A DNA stretch of 64,000 bases. Origin: Bacteroidetes bacterium OLB11. Its GTDB lineage: Bacteria > Bacteroidota > Bacteroidia > Chitinophagales > Chitinophagaceae. Where the stretch lies: positions 5,715 to 69,714 of the forward strand of contig LNFQ01000007.1 of the NCBI GenBank assembly GCA_001567165.1, written 5' to 3'. Within the stretch, counting starts at the first letter, position 1; each line of letters opens with the position of its first letter. Position numbers and translations under genes: made by a program. The notes under the pieces were generated by a model. It ran no database searches. It saw nothing but the letters and a program-made list of their open reading frames with translations, and was not told the origin of the DNA. Below are positions 9,986-20,231 of this stretch, piece after piece.

Positions 9986-11005
9986 ATGGCCGTTTCATCT
10001 CCGCATTTAATATCGACTAAAGTTGTTCACTTCGAATCATCGTATCCTCATCAACAGTTGTTGATGCTTGCATATTATACTTGTGTAGAGTTAAATTGGC
10101 AAGTGAATTATTTTTCTCAAAAAGGAGTACTTGCAAGTAGCCTCAATCATAGTGATGAAATTCAAATTATTATTTCTAATAATCATGTTGAAATCACTGC
10201 ATCTTCTAAAAGGTCTAGGACTCAGTGGGCAGCTCTCAACGATGTGACAATTCATGCTTTTTTAAATCAATGGCATCAAACCAAACAATTATACAATCCT
10301 GAAAAATTGCAAACATTGTATGATGATATTGCTCCTCACTTAACCCCTTTGGAGGAGGAAAAAATTTTGACGCCAGATTCGAAAAATCAAAATTCATTCA
10401 CTGCCGTTATTTTTAATTTTTTAAAACCAAAAGAAGGCTATTTTTTCACACCTATTATATTATACAGCAATCTTTTAATTTTTATTTTGATGATTTTAGA
10501 TGGTGGTGATTTTATGTCCCCTGGTTCTAAAGTCCTTATCAAATGGGGAGCCAATTACACAGTGCTCACCCGCGATGGAGAGTGGTGGCGTTTGTTGACT
10601 TCCTGTTTTGTCCATATAGGTGTTTTGCATTTACTGATGAATATGTTTACTTTTATCTTTATCAGTTTAATTATTGAACCTCTGATTGGCAAATGGTATT
10701 ATTTGTGCATCTATTTGCTGAGTGGAATAGCAGGCAGCATTGCAAGCCTTTGGTGGCACGATATTACTATCAGTGCTGGTGCATCGGGAGCTATCTTTGG
10801 TTTGTTTGGTGCTTATCTTGTTTTGTTGACGACTCATCTGATTGAAAAATCAAAACGGAAGCAACTTTTACTCAGTGCTACTATATTTTTGATTTTAAAT
10901 TTAGGAAATGGAATGAAAGAAGGAGTCGATAATATGGCTCATATTGGGGGTTTGTTGGCTGGTATGTTTTTTTACCTTTCTTATTTTACCTCTTTTAAAA
11001 AATAA
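9986..11005 (+). CDS. Rhomboid-family intramembrane serine protease with an N-terminal soluble domain
   Basis: Catalytic motifs GASGAIFGLFG (Ser) and HIGGLLAG (His) in a multi-TM C-terminal half. I prefer the ATG at 9986 (MAVSSPHL) to the upstream track start at 9893. Confidence 0.8.
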   Translation: MAVSSPHLISTKVVHFESSYPHQQLLMLAYYTCVELNWQVNYFSQKGVLASSLNHSDEIQIIISNNHVEITASSKRSRTQWAALNDVTIHAFLNQWHQTKQLYNPEKLQTLYDDIAPHLTPLEEEKILTPDSKNQNSFTAVIFNFLKPKEGYFFTPIILYSNLLIFILMILDGGDFMSPGSKVLIKWGANYTVLTRDGEWWRLLTSCFVHIGVLHLLMNMFTFIFISLIIEPLIGKWYYLCIYLLSGIAGSIASLWWHDITISAGASGAIFGLFGAYLVLLTTHLIEKSKRKQLLLSATIFLILNLGNGMKEGVDNMAHIGGLLAGMFFYLSYFTSFKK

Positions 11006-11125
11006 AAATTCCTCTCAATATTAATCATTTTTTTCCAAAAAAATTGAATACATAATTTAGGTTTAAAATAAAAAAAGGAGCTGTTTGATTTCCAAACAAC
11101 CCCTTTATAAGTATGAAGAAAAAAC

Positions 11126-12409
11126 TTATTTCGCTACAATTACTTTCTCGCTCATTTTAATATTTTCTCCTTGTATGTTCACAATATATTGTCCATTTGC
11201 AATTGATTGTGTAGGAACGAGAAGTGCGTTTAAGCCTTGTTGTAACTGAATATTTTTAGAGTAAACTACTCTTCCAGAAAAGTCTGTCACATTCAATATA
11301 GCATTTGCTTTTTCTTGAATATCCAAAACAACATTTAAGTTGCCTTGTGTTGGATTTGGGAAAATGGCATATTGATTTACCGCAGACAAATCATTTACTT
11401 TTGTAGGAATCACTAATCTTTTTCTGAAAACAAAATTTCCGTTAGATCCAACATAATTTAAGAATTGCATTTGGTAAATTGAATTAGCAGTTGTTTTAAT
11501 AAAGAAAGTGTTTGAATCAGGAATTGCATACACTCCACCACCAATGTGTGTTTTCCAATCGTAGCCAATCACTGATATTTCTTTTGACCAAGGGTTCGTA
11601 TATACACCATAATTTTGATAAGCACTATCAACTTCTACATTTTGAGCTTGCGCAAATGATGCTAAATTATTACCCAAAACTCCCACCACATTATATGGTA
11701 CTGTGACAGGACCTTGAGGTATTAATGTATTGTATTTTGTAAACAAAATATCCCATTCTGTTTTGATTGGTTCTCTCAAAGTATCCATACCCGTTATTAA
11801 GTTAAAATGGGCAAACAAAGTATTGGTAAATTTGGGATCTTTAGCAAGCACGTGAGAAGTGGTTGTATTATTGACAATATCACCCACTCTAAAATAATAA
11901 GTTGAAGTAAGCGTTTCCAAAGAATCTATCATAACTTTTAAGATTGTGCTATCAGCGATAATAATAAAAATGCTATCTCCTATTATTTTATGAGAATTGA
12001 CATCGTAAGTACCCCATCCAAAATTCATGATATTCGGACTGTAAATATCATTTAATGCCCCTTGTGACCATAGTTGGTCATTGTTATAGCAAAGGTTAGC
12101 AGAAGCAGTGTCAGCGATACTAACAGAAGCCCATTGTGATTTATCTTTGTGAATATTATACACTTTCACGAAGGCATTTCCAGCATTATGATTAGCCCAA
12201 ATAGAGGAGCTGTCGCCAGAGTTCATACTAAAAGCTAAGTGCCAGTTTTTATTATTTTCTGTTTTATTGATTCCGTTATCCAAACTATAATACACATCGT
12301 TAATTGTGCCTGCTCCCATCTGCACTGAGTCGATAATCCATGGGGATTGTGCTTTCATTTGAAAGGCTAAAAAAAATAAAATAGCTAAGAGTAAAATTTG
12401 TTTTTGCAT
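11126..12409 (-). CDS. Secreted protein with T9SS type-A CTD; the N-terminal part is possibly HmuY-like
   Basis: Signal peptide MQKQILLLAILFFLAFQMKAQ. The C-terminus IFPNPTQGNLNVVL..VTDFSGRVVY..IANGQYIVNI fits a T9SS CTD. The W(H/D)(L/I)(A/L)F motifs (NWHLAF, EWDILF) recall HmuY-family proteins, from memory only. Confidence 0.6.
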   Translation of the reverse strand: MQKQILLLAILFFLAFQMKAQSPWIIDSVQMGAGTINDVYYSLDNGINKTENNKNWHLAFSMNSGDSSSIWANHNAGNAFVKVYNIHKDKSQWASVSIADTASANLCYNNDQLWSQGALNDIYSPNIMNFGWGTYDVNSHKIIGDSIFIIIADSTILKVMIDSLETLTSTYYFRVGDIVNNTTTSHVLAKDPKFTNTLFAHFNLITGMDTLREPIKTEWDILFTKYNTLIPQGPVTVPYNVVGVLGNNLASFAQAQNVEVDSAYQNYGVYTNPWSKEISVIGYDWKTHIGGGVYAIPDSNTFFIKTTANSIYQMQFLNYVGSNGNFVFRKRLVIPTKVNDLSAVNQYAIFPNPTQGNLNVVLDIQEKANAILNVTDFSGRVVYSKNIQLQQGLNALLVPTQSIANGQYIVNIQGENIKMSEKVIVAK

Positions 12410-12527
12410 ATATAATCGTTTTTAAAAAAAATTGAATGTTGCAAAAGTATAAGATAGCAAAAGATTATTCCTTACTTTGAAAAATTATGACAATAAAATG
12501 ACATTGAAGATAAAAAAGGATATACAT

Positions 12528-12561
12528 AAAAAAGCCGCACCTTAATATCAGTGCGGCTTTT
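12528..12561 (-). terminator. Intrinsic (bidirectional-looking) terminator after atpA
   Basis: gccgcac (12534-12540) pairs with gtgcggc (12551-12557) around a 10-nt loop. An A6 run on one side and T4 on the other extend the stem. It lies 20 nt downstream of the atpA stop. Confidence 0.7.
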
Positions 12562-12581
12562 AATGATTTTAAAAATTAAAA

Positions 12582-14162
12582 TTATTTTGAAAATTGAGGG
12601 ATTAAATTGTTTGCGATTGCAATCATTTTATTAATTCCATCTTCAGGTAAATTTCCTTTTTTAAGCTCGTTCAATAAATCAGGCATTTTATTTTCCATTT
12701 CCAATAAGAATGCTTCTTCAAATTGTTTGATATATTTTATTGGAACATTATTCAATAAACCATTTGTTCCTAAATAAATAATTGCAATTTGTTTTTCTAC
12801 AGAATATGGAGAAAATTGTCCTTGTTTTAAAATTTCTACGTTACGAGCTCCTTTGTCTAATACAGATTTAGTAGCAGCATCTAAATCTCCACCAAATTTA
12901 GAGAAAGCCTCCATTTCACGATAAAGAGCTTGGTCTAACTTTAATGTACCTGCTACTTTTTTCATTGATTTGATTTGAGCACTACCCCCCACACGACTTA
13001 CGGAAATCCCTACGTTAATTGCAGGACGAATCCCCGCATTAAATAAGTTTGATTCCAAAAAGATTTGACCATCTGTAATCGAAATTACATTCGTTGGGAT
13101 ATATGCAGACACGTCACCAGCTTGCGTTTCGATGATTGGCAACGCTGTCAATGATCCACCACCTTTTACTTTTCCTTTCAAACTTTCAGGAAGGTCATTC
13201 ATTTTTGCAGCAATATCATCTTTATTAATCACTTTTGCAGCTCGTTCTAGCAAGCGACTATGTAAGTAGAACACGTCCCCAGGATAAGCTTCACGTCCTG
13301 GAGGGCGACGAAGTAATAATGATACTTCACGATAAGCAACGGCTTGTTTACTTAAGTCATCATATACAATCAATGCCGGGCGACCTGTATCACGGAAATA
13401 TTCTCCGATAGCGGCTCCTGCAAATGGTGCATAGAACTGCAATGGAGCAGGATCTGATGCTGATGCAGCAACGATAATGGTATAATCCATTGCACCATTA
13501 TCTTGTAATGTTTTCATGATTTGAGCAATCGTACTTGCTTTTTGTCCAATTGCTACATATATGCAATATACAGGTTTTCCTGCTTTGTAAAATTCTTTTT
13601 GATTGATGATTGTATCAATACAGATTGCTGTTTTTCCTGTTTGGCGATCACCGATTACCAATTCCCTTTGACCACGACCAATTGGAATCATTGCATCAAT
13701 AGCCTTAATCCCTGTTTGTAAGGGTTCTTTAACGGGTTCTCTAAAAATAACACCTGGTGCTTTTCTCTCAATCGGCATTTCAAAAAGCTCTCCAGTGATA
13801 GGGCCTTTCCCGTCGATGGCTTCACCAAGTGTATTGATAACACGACCAACCATGCCTTCACCTACTTTTATAGAGGCAATACGACCAGTGCGTCTTACTT
13901 TATTTCCTTCCTTGATTCCGCTACCATCTCCCATCAATACTACCCCAACATTATCTTCTTCCAAGTTGAGGGCAATTGCTTGCACTCCATTCTCAAATTC
14001 TACTAGCTCCCCTGAGCGTACCCCATTCAGGCCATATATTCGGGCAATTCCATCACCCACTTGTAGCACTGTGCCTGATTCTTCCAACTCTGCACTTGAA
14101 TTAAAATTTCCAAGTTGTTGCCTTAAAATGGCTGAAATTTCGTCCGGTTTTATACTTACCAT
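12582..14162 (-). CDS. atpA: F-type ATP synthase subunit alpha
   Basis: 526 aa with Walker A GDRQTGKT and strongly conserved F1-alpha sequence throughout. Confidence 0.95.
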   Translation of the reverse strand: MVSIKPDEISAILRQQLGNFNSSAELEESGTVLQVGDGIARIYGLNGVRSGELVEFENGVQAIALNLEEDNVGVVLMGDGSGIKEGNKVRRTGRIASIKVGEGMVGRVINTLGEAIDGKGPITGELFEMPIERKAPGVIFREPVKEPLQTGIKAIDAMIPIGRGQRELVIGDRQTGKTAICIDTIINQKEFYKAGKPVYCIYVAIGQKASTIAQIMKTLQDNGAMDYTIIVAASASDPAPLQFYAPFAGAAIGEYFRDTGRPALIVYDDLSKQAVAYREVSLLLRRPPGREAYPGDVFYLHSRLLERAAKVINKDDIAAKMNDLPESLKGKVKGGGSLTALPIIETQAGDVSAYIPTNVISITDGQIFLESNLFNAGIRPAINVGISVSRVGGSAQIKSMKKVAGTLKLDQALYREMEAFSKFGGDLDAATKSVLDKGARNVEILKQGQFSPYSVEKQIAIIYLGTNGLLNNVPIKYIKQFEEAFLLEMENKMPDLLNELKKGNLPEDGINKMIAIANNLIPQFSK

Positions 14163-14185
14163 ATATTTCGTTTTTTTTTGCGGTG

Positions 14186-14193
14186 CAAAGGTA
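14186..14193 (-). promoter_or_regulatory. Candidate -7 box TACCTTTG directly upstream of atpA
   Basis: The reverse complement of caaaggta matches TAnnTTTG, 24 nt upstream of the atpA ATG at 14162. This fits an independent atpA promoter, given the 1.08 kb spacer upstream. Confidence 0.4.
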
Positions 14194-15241
14194 AATAAAA
14201 AGATTTAAAAATAATATAAATCAATGATATAAATCTTTATCAAGGGTGAGCTTATCATAAGGTTGTTGACATTCCTACTTTCTATTCTTTTTCTGAATAT
14301 CTTTTTCATCTATATCATTCATACAATCTATTTATTTTTTGTAAACATTGATTAGCTTCAACGCTAATATCCATGATATTTATATGGATTTTTAGCTTAA
14401 AAAATGTCCTTTGCTCTCAATTGTGTATTTTTACTAATCTCTACTATGTTATACTCTAATCTGTCATTAATGGCTCTTCCTTCCAAATTAGGATTGTTCT
14501 TATAATAAATATAAGTACTATCTCAAATAGAACCTGTGAACACATAGTTCAAGCGAGTTTTGAGATATACAGGAAACAAGAATTTCATTGTGTGAATAGG
14601 ACTTCGCATACACCAGAATATTTCTATTTTCCATAATATTTCCAAAGATTATTGTATCGTAACATTTATACTAAACTGTATCTTAACCATAACACTATCT
14701 TATTTATAGCTACTGCCACAATTGAAGTAATACATCACCGATAGAAAAGTATATAATATTTTCAGTGTGGGTTTTATTGTTTTGGTAAATAGCATGTAGG
14801 CTTTGCGTACACTGATAAACAGCTAGCAATTTGCACTCAAATTTTGAGCTTGTATGATACCACCGCGTAGCAATAAAATAACCATCATAAGACAGGTTTA
14901 TTTCTTCTAATCATACTTAATAATTAATTTTGCATTAGTATTAGTGTTTGTCTCAACTACATTTTTTTTTTAATTCATAAAAGATAAAAGGAGTTCATTT
15001 TTTCTTTTAGAAAAAAAATATTCAATCCTACACTCATAATATTTCAATTTCCTTATTTTTAATCATTAATAAATGAAATTGGCGTAAAGTAAAGCAAGGA
15101 ATTCATTGAAACTCCAATGTCACATTTGATTCTTTGTTGAACGAAAATGCTTAAAGCGTAATTAGGAATTATTATAAATAAAAAAAAACAATCCCATCAC
15201 CAAAAAGGGCAATAGAACTGCTTTTTAAAATATGAAATGAT

Positions 15242-15805
15242 TTATCGAATATTTTGGACGTATTCGTTTTTCAAAAATTGTTTTTTGATGTCGTATAAAT
15301 CACGAGCGATGCTGGCATCGAAAATATTATTATTGGCTTCCAAGATAAATCCACCTAAAAGCTTTTCTTCAATATGAGTGTGCAATTCTATTTTCATATC
15401 AGGAAATTGAGCTGCTATTTTTTGATTCAACAACGATTTCATTTCATCATCCAACGGAGTTGCAGTTGTAATTTTCACATCAGTAATGCGATTATGCTTT
15501 TTATATTGCTGAATAAAAGCATTGACGATTTCGCCTAAAAATGAATCTCTTCCTTTTTGAATAATGAGATTGAGAAATGCATCAGTCACTTGGTTTAACT
15601 TTCCTTCAGTAATCGCTTTCAAAACAGATGATTTTTTATCGGCTTTGATAATTGGGCTTTTCATCATCAAAGCAAAGTCTTTACTTTGAGTGAAAAGAGT
15701 TTGTATTAGCTGAATATCTTGAAAAGTAACATCTAATATATTTTTCTCTAGAGCAATGTCCATCAAGGCTTTGGCATAAACGGAAGCTAAACGGGGGTTT
15801 TGCAT
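15242..15805 (-). CDS. atpH: F-type ATP synthase subunit delta (OSCP)
   Basis: 187 aa. It sits between atpF and atpA and has the OSCP-like start (ASVYAKALMDIALE) and C-terminal GGFILE motif. Confidence 0.85.
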   Translation of the reverse strand: MQNPRLASVYAKALMDIALEKNILDVTFQDIQLIQTLFTQSKDFALMMKSPIIKADKKSSVLKAITEGKLNQVTDAFLNLIIQKGRDSFLGEIVNAFIQQYKKHNRITDVKITTATPLDDEMKSLLNQKIAAQFPDMKIELHTHIEEKLLGGFILEANNNIFDASIARDLYDIKKQFLKNEYVQNIR

Positions 15806-15808
15806 ATA

Positions 15809-16304
15809 TTAGTTTAATTTAATTTCGTTTGCTAAAGTTTTTATGTACTGGTTTTGTTCTGCTTTATTGGAAAGTTCTTTACGAATCACTTTTTCAGATA
15901 CTTCAATCACCAAGTTTCCAATTTGATTTTTAATATCAAGCATGGCTGCATTTTTTTGATATTCAATTTGTTGACTTGTTTCTTGCATTATTTTAGCAGC
16001 CTCTTCTTTTGCTTGTTCTTTAGCTTCATTAATCATTTTTTCTTTGGTATCTTTTGCTTCTTTTAAGAGGAGCGTTCTTTCTTCACGAGCTTGATTTAAG
16101 AGTAATTCATGTTCACTTTTCATATTAGCCATTTCATTTCTCACTTTTTTCTGCGGCTGAAATGCTGTCGGCAATTGTTCTTTCTCTTTCATTCATGGCG
16201 TCCAATATAGGTCTCCATGCAAATTTTTTGAGTAAAAAAAGGACAGTAACAAAGGCTATGAGAGTCCAAAAAAAGAGTCCAAATTCGGGTGTTAATAAAT
16301 CCAT
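15809..16304 (-). CDS. atpF: F-type ATP synthase subunit b; frameshifted as assembled
   Basis: ATG 16304 encodes the TM anchor MDLLTPEFGLFFWTLIAFVTVLFLLKKFAWRPILDAMNERERTIADSISAAEK. The coiled-coil part (track ORF 15809-16192, ..VRNEMANMKSEHELLLNQAREE..) is in another frame. The junction is the 6-nt run at 16145-16150. Confidence 0.8.
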
Positions 16305-16346
16305 ATTAATAGATATTTAATTTGCTTTAAAAAAATTTTTAAAAAA

Positions 16347-16379
16347 ACTACACGCTCAGCCCTTTGCATCACGTGTAGT
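16347..16379 (-). terminator. Hairpin plus T7 tract between atpE and atpF (possible partial terminator or processing site)
   Basis: actacacg (16347-16354) pairs with cgtgtagt (16372-16379) around a 17-nt loop. On the coding (minus) strand the stem is followed by seven T (plus-strand A7 at 16341-16347). Confidence 0.45.
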
Positions 16380-16414
16380 TTTAAATCATTTCTGTAACCA
16401 AAGGCTACAAAGGA

Positions 16415-17800
<1,386 letters not shown>

Positions 17801-17822
17801 TCCTAATATAAAAATTCGTGTG

Positions 17823-17830
17823 CAAAGGTA
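17823..17830 (-). promoter_or_regulatory. Candidate -7 box TACCTTTG for the atp operon
   Basis: The reverse complement of caaaggta, 23 nt upstream of the atpB ATG at 17800. Confidence 0.4.
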
Positions 17831-17866
17831 ATATCATTTTTTCATAGAAAAAAGTTTGACTACTAT

Positions 17867-17874
17867 TATATTTG
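17867..17874 (+). promoter_or_regulatory. Candidate -7 box TATATTTG for wecB, divergent from atpB
   Basis: TAnnTTTG match 43 nt upstream of the wecB ATG at 17917. Confidence 0.35.
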
Positions 17875-17916
17875 CAAAAAAATGTATTCAAACTCATTTT
17901 TTTACTTTTACAGAAC

Positions 17917-18960
17917 ATGAAAAAAATCATTTCCATTGTTGGGGCTCGTCCTCAATTTATTAAGCACGCTCCGATGCAATTAGAGCTTCAAAAACAATTT
18001 GAAGCAAAAACAATTCATACTGGACAGCATTATGATGAAAATATGAGTGCCGTATTTTTTGATGAATTAGGCATTCCAAAACCCGATTATCTTTTTAGCG
18101 TTGGAGGCAGCAAACCTCAAGGTGAGCAAACCGGCATCATGATGACCGAAATTGAAAAAGTCTGTATGTTGGAAAACCCCCATGCACTATTGGTTTATGG
18201 CGATACAAACTCCACCCTAGCCGGCGCTTTGGTAGCTACAAAAATGCATATCCCAATCATTCATATTGAAGCTGGATTGAGAAGTTTTAATCGTGAAATG
18301 CCCGAAGAAGTTAACCGTATTGTTGCTGATATTTTCTCTTATATCTTATTTTGCCCTACAGACTTTGCAATCGAAAATTTAAAAAAAGAAGGAATTACAC
18401 ACAATAAAATTTTCAAAAGTGGTGATGTGATGTGCGACATGATTAAGCTCATTGAGCCAAAAGTGAACCGAATTATTCAAGAAAATTACTACTTTGTCAC
18501 GATTCACCGACCGTATAATACTGACAATGATGAGCGATTAAAACAAATTTTAAATACCTTAAATTCTCTTGACAAAAAAGTTGTTTTCTCAATTCACCCT
18601 CGCACACTCAGCCGCCTTCAATCATTCAATATGAAAGAATCTGACTTCAAAAATATTCAATTTATACGTCCTGTTGGTTACACCGAAAGTGTGTCTTATC
18701 AAAAATTTGCCGACTGTATCATTACTGATAGTGGCGGTATTCAAAAAGAAGCTTATATCTTAAAGAAAAAATGTATAACATTGCGAAGCGAAACCGAATG
18801 GATTGAAACGCTTGATAATGGTTGGAATCATTTAGTTTTTGAAAAACTAGAAGAACTTAAAACGCTTGTTCATACTGAACCCGGACATTATACTGAAAAT
18901 ATATACGGAAATGGACACGCAGCAAAAGAAATCACAGATTTAATTTTCCAACACCTCTAA
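17917..18960 (+). CDS. wecB: UDP-N-acetylglucosamine 2-epimerase (non-hydrolysing)
   Basis: The MKKIISIVGARPQFIKHAP start, HTGQHYD and VYGDTNSTLAG motifs are typical of the epimerase_2 family. I prefer the ATG at 17917 to the track start at 17872. Confidence 0.85.
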   Translation: MKKIISIVGARPQFIKHAPMQLELQKQFEAKTIHTGQHYDENMSAVFFDELGIPKPDYLFSVGGSKPQGEQTGIMMTEIEKVCMLENPHALLVYGDTNSTLAGALVATKMHIPIIHIEAGLRSFNREMPEEVNRIVADIFSYILFCPTDFAIENLKKEGITHNKIFKSGDVMCDMIKLIEPKVNRIIQENYYFVTIHRPYNTDNDERLKQILNTLNSLDKKVVFSIHPRTLSRLQSFNMKESDFKNIQFIRPVGYTESVSYQKFADCIITDSGGIQKEAYILKKKCITLRSETEWIETLDNGWNHLVFEKLEELKTLVHTEPGHYTENIYGNGHAAKEITDLIFQHL

Positions 18961-19014
18961 AATAAATTGATTCTGCCTACATCAACCCTGAATGAATAGG
19001 ATTTATAAGCACCC

Positions 19015-20148
19015 ATGAAAAAAATACTCATTATCACCGAGCGAACCCTACATAATGCACCGAGAGTCATCAGAGAAATTGATGCATTAATAAATGATTT
19101 TAAAATATACACTGTCGGAATTTCCCCTCCAAAAAAAAATATAGAAAAACACTTTGATTTTGAGCTTATCAAAAATTCTTTTTTCGTAAGAGGAACTCTT
19201 TTATTAAAAAGAAAATTCCTTAAAAATAGAGCTCCAAACAAACTTATTTATAATGGAAAATTAAAAAAAATCGAAAAGATTATTCAAGAAGTTGAGCCTC
19301 ATATTGTGATTATTCATGAGCCAATAAATCTTCCTTACGTAAGCGAATTAAAACAAAAATATCAATTCAAATTAGTCCTAAATGCTCATGAATATTACCC
19401 TTTAGAGTATGAAGAGCTTCCTAATTGGAAAGAAACAATGCAACCTTTTTATGAAGGAGTCTATCATCAATTTTTACCCAAAGTGGACTTGTTTGTCAAC
19501 GTCTGTGAAAGCATTCGTCAAAAGTGTTTGAGCGAATTTCAAAAGGATAGCCTTGTGATTACAAACGCTAGTTCTTACAATCCAATTGCAACCAACCCAG
19601 TTGTAAAAAAGCCCATCCGAATCATTCATCATGGCAATGCAATACCCGGACGAAAAATTGAAGACATGATTCAAATGATGGATTATTTAAATGAAGACTA
19701 TGAACTGCATCTAATGTTGAGCGATAATAAAAGTGAATATTTTCATTCATTAGCTGAAATCATCAAACAGAAAAAAAATGTATTTTTAATAGACCCTGTT
19801 CCGTTTGATAAAATTATAGAAACCATTAATCAATTTGATATGGGGCTATACATTTTACCTCCAACTAACTTTAATAATTCCATTGCTTTACCCAATAAAT
19901 TTTTTGAATTTTTACAAGCAAAACTTTGCATTGCCATAGGGCCTTCTCCCGAAATGAAATCATTAATTGAGCAATATCATTTAGGCATCGTAGCAAACGA
20001 TTTCAACCCAAAATCACTTGCCGAAAAAATTTTAACGCTCAGCATTGAAGACATCAATTTATACAAAAAAAATGCAGAAAATATTGCGAAAACTTTGTGT
20101 GCTGAAACGTATAATGAAATTTTACTAAGCGAAATATTGAAATTATAA
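19015..20148 (+). CDS. Putative GT-B fold glycosyltransferase or capsule biosynthesis protein
   Basis: 377 aa. The call rests on its position in the glycan locus and a two-Rossmann-like layout. I recognised no firm motif. Confidence 0.45.
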   Translation: MKKILIITERTLHNAPRVIREIDALINDFKIYTVGISPPKKNIEKHFDFELIKNSFFVRGTLLLKRKFLKNRAPNKLIYNGKLKKIEKIIQEVEPHIVIIHEPINLPYVSELKQKYQFKLVLNAHEYYPLEYEELPNWKETMQPFYEGVYHQFLPKVDLFVNVCESIRQKCLSEFQKDSLVITNASSYNPIATNPVVKKPIRIIHHGNAIPGRKIEDMIQMMDYLNEDYELHLMLSDNKSEYFHSLAEIIKQKKNVFLIDPVPFDKIIETINQFDMGLYILPPTNFNNSIALPNKFFEFLQAKLCIAIGPSPEMKSLIEQYHLGIVANDFNPKSLAEKILTLSIEDINLYKKNAENIAKTLCAETYNEILLSEILKL

Positions 20149-20201
20149 AAATTACTTCAATACGTACACGATATTTTAACATCCATTCAAAATTAAATCT
20201 T

Positions 20202-20209
20202 TACATTTG
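20202..20209 (+). promoter_or_regulatory. Candidate -7 box TACATTTG upstream of the first asnB-like gene
   Basis: TAnnTTTG match 23 nt upstream of the ATG at 20232. Confidence 0.35.
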
Positions 20210-20231
20210 CGACTACTAAATATCAAATTCA

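Noticed and set aside
14163-15241. Calling the atpH-atpA spacer a mobile element.
   Set aside because: I found no transposase remnant, terminal inverted repeats or flanking direct repeats by eye. It is reported only as an unexplained spacer.
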